Shown piece by piece: positions 21,129 through 29,521 of a stretch of DNA of 64,000 nucleotides. Position 1 is the first letter of the stretch, and each line of letters begins with the position of its first letter. A program made the translations under genes and the position numbers. The notes beneath the pieces were generated by a model that was given only the letters and a program-made list of their open reading frames with translations, was not told the origin of the DNA and did not search any database. Source of the stretch: Cyanobacteria bacterium auto_48_18 (GTDB lineage: Bacteria; Cyanobacteriota; Vampirovibrionia; Obscuribacterales; Obscuribacteraceae); contig JAVHQC010000033.1 in NCBI GenBank assembly GCA_036170915.1, forward strand, positions 32,001-96,000. The letters run 5' to 3'.

Positions 21129-24116
21129 ATGAAAAATGTTTTTGCACTCGCATGCTCCTTAATGGTGGCAGGCATCGAATGTGGTGCTCCTCAAATCGTG
21201 TTTGCACAGCACAGTAGACCTACGTCTTCTACAGTCAACGTCAAGCCGCACTCCAGCAACCCGGCCGTAATCAACAACAACCCCAATTCGGGCTTAGGCA
21301 ATTACGCTCCAGACCGGTCTAAGGGTGGCGAGACCATCATTAAAGAATTGGAAAAGCTGACCGAAATGGCTCAGACACCCCAGTCAATGGAAAAGATTCA
21401 AGAGCTCGAGAAGAAGGGCGAAAAGTATTTTGAACAACATCTGATTAACCAGGCTCTTATCAGTTGGCAAGAGATGTATGGCATGAGCATCGAAATGAAG
21501 TATGCCGAAGGTCAGGGCAAGGCACTCACCAATATGTGTCGCTGTTACGTCGAGCAGGGTTCGTGGGTCAAGGCCAAATATCTTGGTGAAAATGCCGTTG
21601 AAGTACTGGCCAGCGTTCAAGATCAACAATCACTAGCTAGAGCTCGAGTGGCTTTGGCCCAGGCTTACTTTGGTCTTGATAACCCGGTTTGGGCAACGCA
21701 ACAACTTGACGCAGCCTTAAAAGTACTGACCGCTTCTGGATTGAATAACCCCGCAGAAGCGGCTCGAGTGATGTATCTCTGCGCCAATCTCTGCTTGCAA
21801 TTCAACAAACCTAAGGAAGCAACAAGATTTTTCCAGGAAGGTGCAACGTATAGCGTCCAGGCCGGCGACCTTAACCGTGCGGTTCAGGTGCGTATTGCCA
21901 CCGTCACTAGCATGATTGAAATGGGCTGGTTTACTGCGGCCCTTGAAGAAGCCAACAAATTGCTCTCCCTGGCTCGTTCAAATCCAAAATCTGGTGCTCT
22001 ATATATGGTGCCTGCATTGCAGACCGTTGCCAACGCACAATATGCCGCCAACGAATTTGCCAATGCTCGCAAAACCTACGAGCAAGCTTATGCATTATTG
22101 CCCAGGCTCGACGCTCGACAAGTATCTGATGTGGCACGTGCCAACATGGATCAAGGTTATGCATACTGCCTGGCCTCCACTGGAGATCTGGACCAAGCTC
22201 GCCAATATCTACTAAAGGCGCTGCCTGTTTTCAAAGCCAAATCTGATGCCTATAACCAGGCTCAGGCTGCTAACGCGCTTGGAGTGATCGAAGTGCTTGA
22301 TGGTCAAGCCGGCAAAGGAATGGCCTACTTCCTGCAATCAATAGATTTTCAGGCTGTAATTTCGCCCAAAGCACCAAAATTGCACGCTATCGTATTACAA
22401 AACATGGCTGTGGCGGAGTATCGCAGTGGTTCTTACCGCGATTGCAAAACCCATCTTGATGGTGCCCTCAGTGTTCTTGCTAATACTAAAGAACAGATGT
22501 TCAAAGGCCGTCTCTATCAGTGCCTTGCCGAAGCCGCATATAAAAGTGCAGACTCCACCGCCGCCGAAAATAATGCCAATAAAGCAATTACCATTGCTGA
22601 AAAGATTAACGACGACGGCTGCCTCTGGCGCTCTTATCTGCTGAGAGCAAGATTGCAACTGGCCAGACAGGAAATTGATCTGGGCAAAGAATCGCTGAAA
22701 AGCGCAGTGTCTTATTTCCGCTCGCCACAGGCCGGCGCCTTTACTGCTGCGGATAGTCTGAGTTTTCCTGTTAGTCGCGAAGACATGGGAGCTACTCTGG
22801 TGCAGTTGATGGCCAGTCAGGGTCTGACGGAACAAGCATTGCTTGCAGCCGAACAATTGAAAGAAGAGAATTTCATCAGCGAATGGCTCAAGCGTGGTGG
22901 CCAGGTTAAACCTGAAGACCGCGATGTATACCTGGAACTAACCAGTCAGCGCGCCCGTATTCACGCTGCTGAAGCTACCTCTACTCCAAACACTCTTGTT
23001 AAAGAATGGCAAAGCTGGATGGAACGATTCCGCTCGGTTGTCACTGCCAATCGCTCTCTTGCTAGATTGATTGCACCAGTGCCAAACACTCCTGCCGATA
23101 TTATTGCTGCCGTTCAAAAAACGAAAGCAACAGCGGTGGAATATTTGGTGGGGCCAGAATCGACAATGGTCTTCACCATCGATCCGGCCGGTCGCATTTC
23201 TTCTACTAATTTGCCTGTCAATCGCGCCAGACTAAAAAGCCAAGTCACTTCGTTGCTAGAGCTGAGCACCAAGAGTGGTGGCGATGAAGCGGGCGCACAA
23301 ACTGAGAAGTTAACGCTCAAAGCGCTGTACAACCAATTGTTGCCTGCATCGGTCAGACAGTTCTTGCCTCAAACGCCTGAGCAAATGATCGTCATTATTC
23401 CTGACGGGCCGCTCTACAATTTGCCCTTTGCCGCGCTAATTGATGAGAAAGGTAAGTTCTTAGTGGAAGGGCACCTGCTCTCCATGGCTTCTTCCATGTC
23501 TGTGATTATGGATTGCCCACCGGAGTACAGTGCTGATCTAAGTATGTTGGTAGCGTCTACAAATTCTGCCGGCAGTTCTGAGCAAGCAGAAAATGATCAA
23601 ATAACGTCAGCTGTAGGTGCTGAGAGAGTGACAAAGCTGGTAGGGAAAGATGCCAGTTTGACCAATATTGAAGAGCAAGCTAAGGGCAAATCGGTGGTGC
23701 ACATCTCGACGAAATTGCCGCTTCTAGAAAACAATCCCTTAAGGTCAGTTTTGCCAATCTTTGGTGATAGTGACGATATGGGCCGGAAAGTGACAGCTGA
23801 TAGGCTTTGCGGCACGCCAATGGCCGTAGATCTGATTGTCTGGAGCGCGAGCTCCGTGAGCCCTAAAGATGCTCGTGGAAATGCCGTGAAAGTATTCAGT
23901 CGCGGTTTGAACTATGCCGGTGCACGCAACGTGTTGATGAGCTTGTGGTGGCAGCCTGATGCCCAGCGTATTGATGAGCTAGTGAGCGTTTTCAAAAGCA
24001 AGAAAGCCGGATCAACTCCAGCCCAGGGCTTACGAAAAGCACAGCTAGCTGCTATTTCACGTGATCCTTCTTTGAAAAACTGGGCCGGATTCCAGCTGTT
24101 AGGACCAGGCTACTAG
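21129..24116 (+). CDS. TPR-repeat protein with C-terminal CHAT (caspase-like) domain lacking the catalytic dyad
   Basis: Many TPRs; IIPDGPLYNLPFAAL, AGARNVLMSLW, ALRKAQ-like GLRKAQL, NWAGFQLLG; HISTKL and WSASSV at the His/Cys positions. Confidence 0.85.
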   Translation: MKNVFALACSLMVAGIECGAPQIVFAQHSRPTSSTVNVKPHSSNPAVINNNPNSGLGNYAPDRSKGGETIIKELEKLTEMAQTPQSMEKIQELEKKGEKYFEQHLINQALISWQEMYGMSIEMKYAEGQGKALTNMCRCYVEQGSWVKAKYLGENAVEVLASVQDQQSLARARVALAQAYFGLDNPVWATQQLDAALKVLTASGLNNPAEAARVMYLCANLCLQFNKPKEATRFFQEGATYSVQAGDLNRAVQVRIATVTSMIEMGWFTAALEEANKLLSLARSNPKSGALYMVPALQTVANAQYAANEFANARKTYEQAYALLPRLDARQVSDVARANMDQGYAYCLASTGDLDQARQYLLKALPVFKAKSDAYNQAQAANALGVIEVLDGQAGKGMAYFLQSIDFQAVISPKAPKLHAIVLQNMAVAEYRSGSYRDCKTHLDGALSVLANTKEQMFKGRLYQCLAEAAYKSADSTAAENNANKAITIAEKINDDGCLWRSYLLRARLQLARQEIDLGKESLKSAVSYFRSPQAGAFTAADSLSFPVSREDMGATLVQLMASQGLTEQALLAAEQLKEENFISEWLKRGGQVKPEDRDVYLELTSQRARIHAAEATSTPNTLVKEWQSWMERFRSVVTANRSLARLIAPVPNTPADIIAAVQKTKATAVEYLVGPESTMVFTIDPAGRISSTNLPVNRARLKSQVTSLLELSTKSGGDEAGAQTEKLTLKALYNQLLPASVRQFLPQTPEQMIVIIPDGPLYNLPFAALIDEKGKFLVEGHLLSMASSMSVIMDCPPEYSADLSMLVASTNSAGSSEQAENDQITSAVGAERVTKLVGKDASLTNIEEQAKGKSVVHISTKLPLLENNPLRSVLPIFGDSDDMGRKVTADRLCGTPMAVDLIVWSASSVSPKDARGNAVKVFSRGLNYAGARNVLMSLWWQPDAQRIDELVSVFKSKKAGSTPAQGLRKAQLAAISRDPSLKNWAGFQLLGPGY

Positions 24117-24279
24117 GTTGAAAGGTTTACGCAAGGCTGCTTAGCGATGTTTAGTTTTTCGTGAAGAGCAGATTAAGTATTGAAGTCAAGCATGTATATA
24201 TCCGCCTATAAATTGTATAAATCTATAACTTGGCATCATGGCGTCAGAATTTTGTAGAAACCGCACCGCAGGCTCGTAA

Positions 24280-26097
24280 ATGAATTTCCAAACTAAGATC
24301 AAAAAACGGCATTCCAAAAACTCAACTATGTCTCACATGAGACACGCAGCAATACCAAAGGCTTTCAGTCTGTTATTGAGTGCTCAATTGATTTGTTCGG
24401 GTCTGGCTCTTTCAACTGCGGCTTCGTTTGATACAAGCGCCGCTCGTGCAGCTGAGAGCGAAGCCGCACCGGCACCATCGTGGAACGAAACTAAAACTGA
24501 TTCGATGTTTGTCATCGATTCTAAAAATAGTGATGCTGGTCTAGAGGCTCATACTCGGCCTGCCAAAATAGAACCGGCAAAAGAAGAAGCGAAAACTGAA
24601 GCCAAACCTGAAGTTAAGGCTGACGTTAAAGAAGAAATCAAAACTGAAGTTAAAGCTGTCGCAAAAGAAGAAACTAAAACTGAAGCCAAGGCAGAAGTAA
24701 AAACCGAAGCAGCTGTAGATGTAAAAGTCGCTGACACCAAAACTGAAACAAGGAAAGAAACTACCTCGGTAGTCAATACTGATACCGATAAGAAGAATTC
24801 CACCAGCGTAAAGTCTATAGCTGAAGTAACACCTGTAACCGCTATCCCCGTTGACAGTGCTGTGATTATGCCTGGCACTCCTGCCGCCACTACTTCCAGC
24901 ACAACGACCACAACAAGTTCTGCTGCTGCTGCAGTTGAAGATCAACCGACCGCCGCTAATGCAGTTGATGTCACTATCACTGATTCCAGTACCGATTCTA
25001 ATGGTGATGCTACACAGACCGTAGTTACTGACAGCAATGCCAAAACTATGGGCGCCGGCAGCATACTTTCTCCTGATGGTCAGAGTCTATTCACTAGTGG
25101 TGGTGCCTCTCCAAAAGTTGGCGAAGGCGCTCTGACAACAGTCGATTCGCTTTCATCCGACAACATGACTGAGCTTGGTGCCACTGTTGTTGAAACCGGC
25201 GTCAACAAGGACGAAGTCACCGCTTTAGAGGGCGGCGTGCTGATTGTAGACAGCGACCAGGTTTCTGAAGTAGAAGAAACCGTCAAATATGAAAATCTAC
25301 CTACAGATGAAGGCAAAACTCGCATTAAAACCGGTGCACGTTTTCCAGTTGTAGTGACATCGCAAATTTCTTCGAAGAACGCTCACAAAGGTGACGGTCT
25401 TGAAGCTCGCTTGAAATACGATTTGAAAATCGGCGATCGTCTGGTGGCCAAAAAAGGCTCAGCGGTTCAAGGCCACATCAACTATGCTTTGCCTGCTCGC
25501 AGCGTAATGCACTCATTGGTTAGCCCTAACCGCTGGTATCGCAACTCTGGATGTCTAGGTGTCGAGTTCGACGAAATCGTCACCGAAAAAGGTGAGCACC
25601 TGCCACTAGTAGCTGCTCCTGCCAAAAATGCTTTGATCGTCAAAAACAAAGCTGAGGGCCGCGTTCTAGGTGTAAACCACTTAGGTCAAATTGCCGGACC
25701 ATGGGAACAGCAACTTAAATACAAAGCTATTCGTATCGGCCTTAACGCTGCTCTGGCTCCAGCCGGGGTGTTCAGCTTTGGCGCTATGCCAGTGGCTCTT
25801 GGTCTGATGGGTGCTGCTAATCCGTCGTTTGCTTTCATGAAACCAGTTGGTACTAACGTTCGCCACCGCCGCATTAAGGGCTTTGCTTGGGGCTTCCTCT
25901 CTGGTATTCCCGGCAGCTGGTTAATCGAAGATACTGTGGTTAAAGGTAACGAAGCAATCATCAAGCCAGGCGACGAATTCCTGGTTGAATTCCACCAGGA
26001 GTTCACCGGCGAACCAGCCAGCGAAGCGCAAATGATGCCTAATGCCAATGCTAAAGTGCACGGCGATGTTAGAACTTCGAAGAAGAAAGCGAAGTAA
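24280..26097 (+). CDS. Secreted protein: low-complexity K/E/T-rich N half and TrbI/VirB10-like C-terminal beta domain
   Basis: Signal-like segment; KTE(A/V)K repeats; GARFPVVVTSQISSKNAHKGD...KGSAVQGHI...KGNEAIIKPGDEF. Confidence 0.6.
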   Translation: MNFQTKIKKRHSKNSTMSHMRHAAIPKAFSLLLSAQLICSGLALSTAASFDTSAARAAESEAAPAPSWNETKTDSMFVIDSKNSDAGLEAHTRPAKIEPAKEEAKTEAKPEVKADVKEEIKTEVKAVAKEETKTEAKAEVKTEAAVDVKVADTKTETRKETTSVVNTDTDKKNSTSVKSIAEVTPVTAIPVDSAVIMPGTPAATTSSTTTTTSSAAAAVEDQPTAANAVDVTITDSSTDSNGDATQTVVTDSNAKTMGAGSILSPDGQSLFTSGGASPKVGEGALTTVDSLSSDNMTELGATVVETGVNKDEVTALEGGVLIVDSDQVSEVEETVKYENLPTDEGKTRIKTGARFPVVVTSQISSKNAHKGDGLEARLKYDLKIGDRLVAKKGSAVQGHINYALPARSVMHSLVSPNRWYRNSGCLGVEFDEIVTEKGEHLPLVAAPAKNALIVKNKAEGRVLGVNHLGQIAGPWEQQLKYKAIRIGLNAALAPAGVFSFGAMPVALGLMGAANPSFAFMKPVGTNVRHRRIKGFAWGFLSGIPGSWLIEDTVVKGNEAIIKPGDEFLVEFHQEFTGEPASEAQMMPNANAKVHGDVRTSKKKAK

Positions 26098-26145
26098 GTC
26101 GCTAGCTCACATTTAGCTCGACGCACAGCCTACAGAACAAACCAT

Positions 26146-26182
26146 GAAAAAGCCGGAGATTTGACTCTCCGGCTTTCTCTTT
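26146..26182. terminator. Bidirectional terminator
   Basis: AAAGCCGGAGA-TTTGAC-TCTCCGGCTTT between convergent genes. Confidence 0.8.
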
Positions 26183-26223
26183 AGTCCAGTTATCTACTTG
26201 CTTGCTTGTTGCTTGCCAACCCC

Positions 26224-27453
26224 TTAGTAGGGGTTAGAAGCTGTAGCTCCGGCAATTGACACAGGGGCATCAAGTTGCAGTTGCATTGCCGTTCCGGCTG
26301 GAATGGTGACGTCTCTGCCCTTTCTCAAAAGCACGCTCTGGGCAACACCGACTGTGCCACCGATTGCGGTGCCTGACCAGGCGCCTCTACCGACACCACG
26401 TGAACCGCCGGCAATGGCGCCCACAGCTGTACCGAGAGCAGCACCGGTACCGGCGCCAATTGCGCCTCTAAGACCGGCCTGTACGGCTTTGTTCTTCCAG
26501 GTTTCACCCTTAATCACTGTTTCATCAGTGCCGGAGCCTGTGTATTTACCGATACCGCCAATCAAGTGAGCGGTGATAGGTGTTTCAGTTCCGTCTGGAG
26601 TTCTCAAACGATTGAATTTGATATCGAGTGAACCAGCTCGGCCAAGCATCCGGCCTGCACTGGCATCAGTAATGGTGCCGATGATTACCGAACCCGCAGG
26701 AATGGTGGAGTCACCAAGCACTACCTGTTGGCTAATTGTGGCTTGAATCATATCACCAGGCCTAGCTACTTGAGTCGCAATGCCGGTGCTGAGCGTAATA
26801 GGCATCACTAAGCCGGCAGGAGCATAACTGATGCGGCCCTGTCTGAAACCACCTTGTGGCTGGCCATACTGAGCTTGAGCGCCGTAAGGGGCTTGTGGTT
26901 GCTGATATGGTGTTTGAGCTTGATAGGTCGATTGACCATAACTCTGTTGTTGCATTGGCGGTTGGTAGGCTTGTTGTTGCGGAGGAGCATTCACAGCAGC
27001 AGGAGCTGAAGCGAAGTAGTCACCGGACAATTGGCCGACATAACTTTGAATACTGGCTTGATCTCGCATTGATTCGCGCAAAGAGTCTGCCCATTTCTTG
27101 GCTAAAAGAGCAGGGCTGCTGCCTACACTCTTAGCACTGGCACCATCTACGGTGACAACCTGGTAGCCACCAAGGGTGATGACCGGTACACCTTTAACAT
27201 AAGTAATGTTCACTGATGATGGTGTTCTATCTTTCGCTGCCACCAGTGCGTTGTCTAAATTCTGCTGCACGATTGCGGCTCTTTTGTCAGCAGTGAGACC
27301 ACCTGCTGCCGGTACTGAGAAAATCGATTGACCAGCAACGTGAATGTCATTGTCAGCCGCCATTGCTGCTAAAGGATAGAGACAAATCGATTGGCTTAGC
27401 AAAAGTGCACCCGCTAAAATCGATCTTTTGATGGAGTAAGATTTGGATGTCAT
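26224..27453 (-). CDS. Secreted protein with Q/P/Y-rich linker, TrbI/VirB10-like domain and glycine zipper
   Basis: Signal peptide; PAGLVMPITLST...IPAGSVIIGTI...LDIKFNRLRTPDG; GAIGAGTGAALGTAVGAIAGG; KGRDVTIPAGT. Confidence 0.65.
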   Translation of the reverse strand: MTSKSYSIKRSILAGALLLSQSICLYPLAAMAADNDIHVAGQSIFSVPAAGGLTADKRAAIVQQNLDNALVAAKDRTPSSVNITYVKGVPVITLGGYQVVTVDGASAKSVGSSPALLAKKWADSLRESMRDQASIQSYVGQLSGDYFASAPAAVNAPPQQQAYQPPMQQQSYGQSTYQAQTPYQQPQAPYGAQAQYGQPQGGFRQGRISYAPAGLVMPITLSTGIATQVARPGDMIQATISQQVVLGDSTIPAGSVIIGTITDASAGRMLGRAGSLDIKFNRLRTPDGTETPITAHLIGGIGKYTGSGTDETVIKGETWKNKAVQAGLRGAIGAGTGAALGTAVGAIAGGSRGVGRGAWSGTAIGGTVGVAQSVLLRKGRDVTIPAGTAMQLQLDAPVSIAGATASNPY

Positions 27454-27693
27454 CTTTTTGTACCTTGATTTTGTACAGCCTCTGCTGGACTGACTTTTAG
27501 TAGATAATGAGATTCTGTGAATCTTCTTTCAGGACTTTCTATTTTGCAGCCCCATGGATTTTAAGACTACAGAATTTTAGCAATGTTCCCCGGGCAGTAT
27601 CTGAAACACAACTTAAGGCCTCTTTGCATTTCAGGGTTCGGCACAGAGGCGTAATTCGTTCCATAATATAAGGATGATAGGTAACGAAGACTC

Positions 27694-28509
27694 TTGATAA
27701 CGCCGTTTGCAGCCACCAGCTTTGACTCTCGCGCACTAGCGGGTAAGCACGCTCTAGTCACCGGAGGTGGCCGTGGAATCGGCCGTGCCACTGCTATCAA
27801 ACTGGCGCAATCGGGCTGCCGCCTAACTTTGCTTGGTCGCAACGAGTCTAAGTTGCAAGCTGTTTGTGAAGAATTGCGCACCCTGACAGCATCTGATGCA
27901 TCCTATTTAGTGGCTGACCTGGCCAATACAAAGTCGCTGGAAGAAGAGATTCAGCTTGGAGTCAATAAAGAGATAGATATTCTCGTCAATAATGCCGGAA
28001 TCTATCGCACTGAAGCTGTTATCAACCACGACCTGACCAGCTGGAGAGAAATTATCGAGGTCAATTTAACCAGTGCTCTGGTGCTGTCTAAAGCATTTTT
28101 ACCGGCCATGATCGCGCAAGAATGGGGCCGTATCATCAATGTTTCGTCTATTTCAGGTAAACAAGCCGAGGCGTACGGAGCTGCCTATTCCGCTTCCAAG
28201 TTTGCCTTAATCGGCTTAACCGAGGCCATGGCACTAGAAAATGCCCGTCATGGTATCACCGTTAATGCGGTGTGCCCCGGCTGGGTAGCAACAGATATGG
28301 CTTTCGACCAAATTGGAGATCAGAAGTGGTGCGATCTTAATGGCTTAGAAAAAGACCAGGCCCTCGAGATTACAAAGCTGTCGGTGCCTTTGATGCGCTT
28401 GATAGAACCTCAGGAAGTTGCTGGGTTGATCGTCTATTTATGCACGCAAGAAGCCGCGGCAATCACGGGACAGGCACTCAATATCTGTGGAGGCATGACG
28501 ATTCAGTAG
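27694..28509 (+). CDS. Short-chain dehydrogenase/reductase (classical SDR)
   Basis: TGGGRGIG, LVNNAG, YSASK, VNAVCPG, ITGQ. Confidence 0.92.
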   Translation: MITPFAATSFDSRALAGKHALVTGGGRGIGRATAIKLAQSGCRLTLLGRNESKLQAVCEELRTLTASDASYLVADLANTKSLEEEIQLGVNKEIDILVNNAGIYRTEAVINHDLTSWREIIEVNLTSALVLSKAFLPAMIAQEWGRIINVSSISGKQAEAYGAAYSASKFALIGLTEAMALENARHGITVNAVCPGWVATDMAFDQIGDQKWCDLNGLEKDQALEITKLSVPLMRLIEPQEVAGLIVYLCTQEAAAITGQALNICGGMTIQ

Positions 28510-28510
28510 T

Positions 28511-29407
28511 ATGCAAACAATCAATTTTACTGCTCAGGCTCTGAAAACAAATCAGTGGGAAATCAGCTCAGTGAGCGGTTTACCGTTGGTTCAGTCTCCC
28601 CTGCTGAAGCGCTATGCAAAAGATCTTGAACATGCATTTACCACAAGAAATGGTGGCAGCAGCAAGGTGCCCTATGAAAGCTTCAATCTTGGTCGCCACG
28701 TGCAAGACGATGCACTTAAAGCTGACGCGCTGCACAACCGCGCCACGCTTTGTGCCGCCCTCGATGCTGATGTTCAATTTCTAAAAGTGCCGGGGCAGGT
28801 TCACTCAGGTAACGTAGTGGCAATTGTCGAGCAAAATTCCGAGCTCGAGCTTTCTAAGGTTGACGGTGTTGCCACCAGTCTGCCGGGCGTGCCATTACTT
28901 TTGCATTTTGCCGATTGCGTGCCGGTAATTATTTACGAACACAAGAAACGTCTTTTAGCCATTGTGCACGCTGGTTGGCGGGGCACAGCTCAAGCCATAG
29001 CCAGAAACGCTGTAGACCTCTTGTGCGCCGATTATGGAGCTGATCCAGCAAACATGGTCGCTGCGGTGGGGCCTGCTATCGGCACATGTTGCTATCCCAC
29101 CGGAGCTGACGTAGTTGAGCAGTTGATGCTCACCTGCTCGCCACCTGCCAATGTTAATGTGGAAATTGAAGATTTAGCCAGTCTGGTGAAAGGCGGCTAT
29201 GGTGATAGTAAGAATACTGAGCAGCCGCGACCTGATTTAAAAGCTATCAATGCCATGCAGCTGCTGCTTGCTGGTGTTTCTGAAGTGGATGTCTCTTCTT
29301 TTTGCACGTCGTGCCGGCCAGACATTTTCTATTCGCACCGCCAATCAGGTGGGGTCACCGGTCGCCAGGGAGCCATAGCAATGATTCGGACAAACGCTGC
29401 TAATTAA
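28511..29407 (+). CDS. pgeF: YfiH/PgeF family protein
   Basis: FTTRNGG, QVHSG, ADCVPV, HAGWRG, GPAIGTCCY, CTSC, FYSHR, GRQ. Confidence 0.93.
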   Translation: MQTINFTAQALKTNQWEISSVSGLPLVQSPLLKRYAKDLEHAFTTRNGGSSKVPYESFNLGRHVQDDALKADALHNRATLCAALDADVQFLKVPGQVHSGNVVAIVEQNSELELSKVDGVATSLPGVPLLLHFADCVPVIIYEHKKRLLAIVHAGWRGTAQAIARNAVDLLCADYGADPANMVAAVGPAIGTCCYPTGADVVEQLMLTCSPPANVNVEIEDLASLVKGGYGDSKNTEQPRPDLKAINAMQLLLAGVSEVDVSSFCTSCRPDIFYSHRQSGGVTGRQGAIAMIRTNAAN

Positions 29408-29521
29408 TCGCAGCTTTCAGTCGGGTAATTGTCACTTTGTTTAAATAGAACGCTAATTTGTGATTTGGATGCAGTTGTGCGCACAATATATCTAACAGGG
29501 TCAAAGCGAGGGTAGGCTGGA

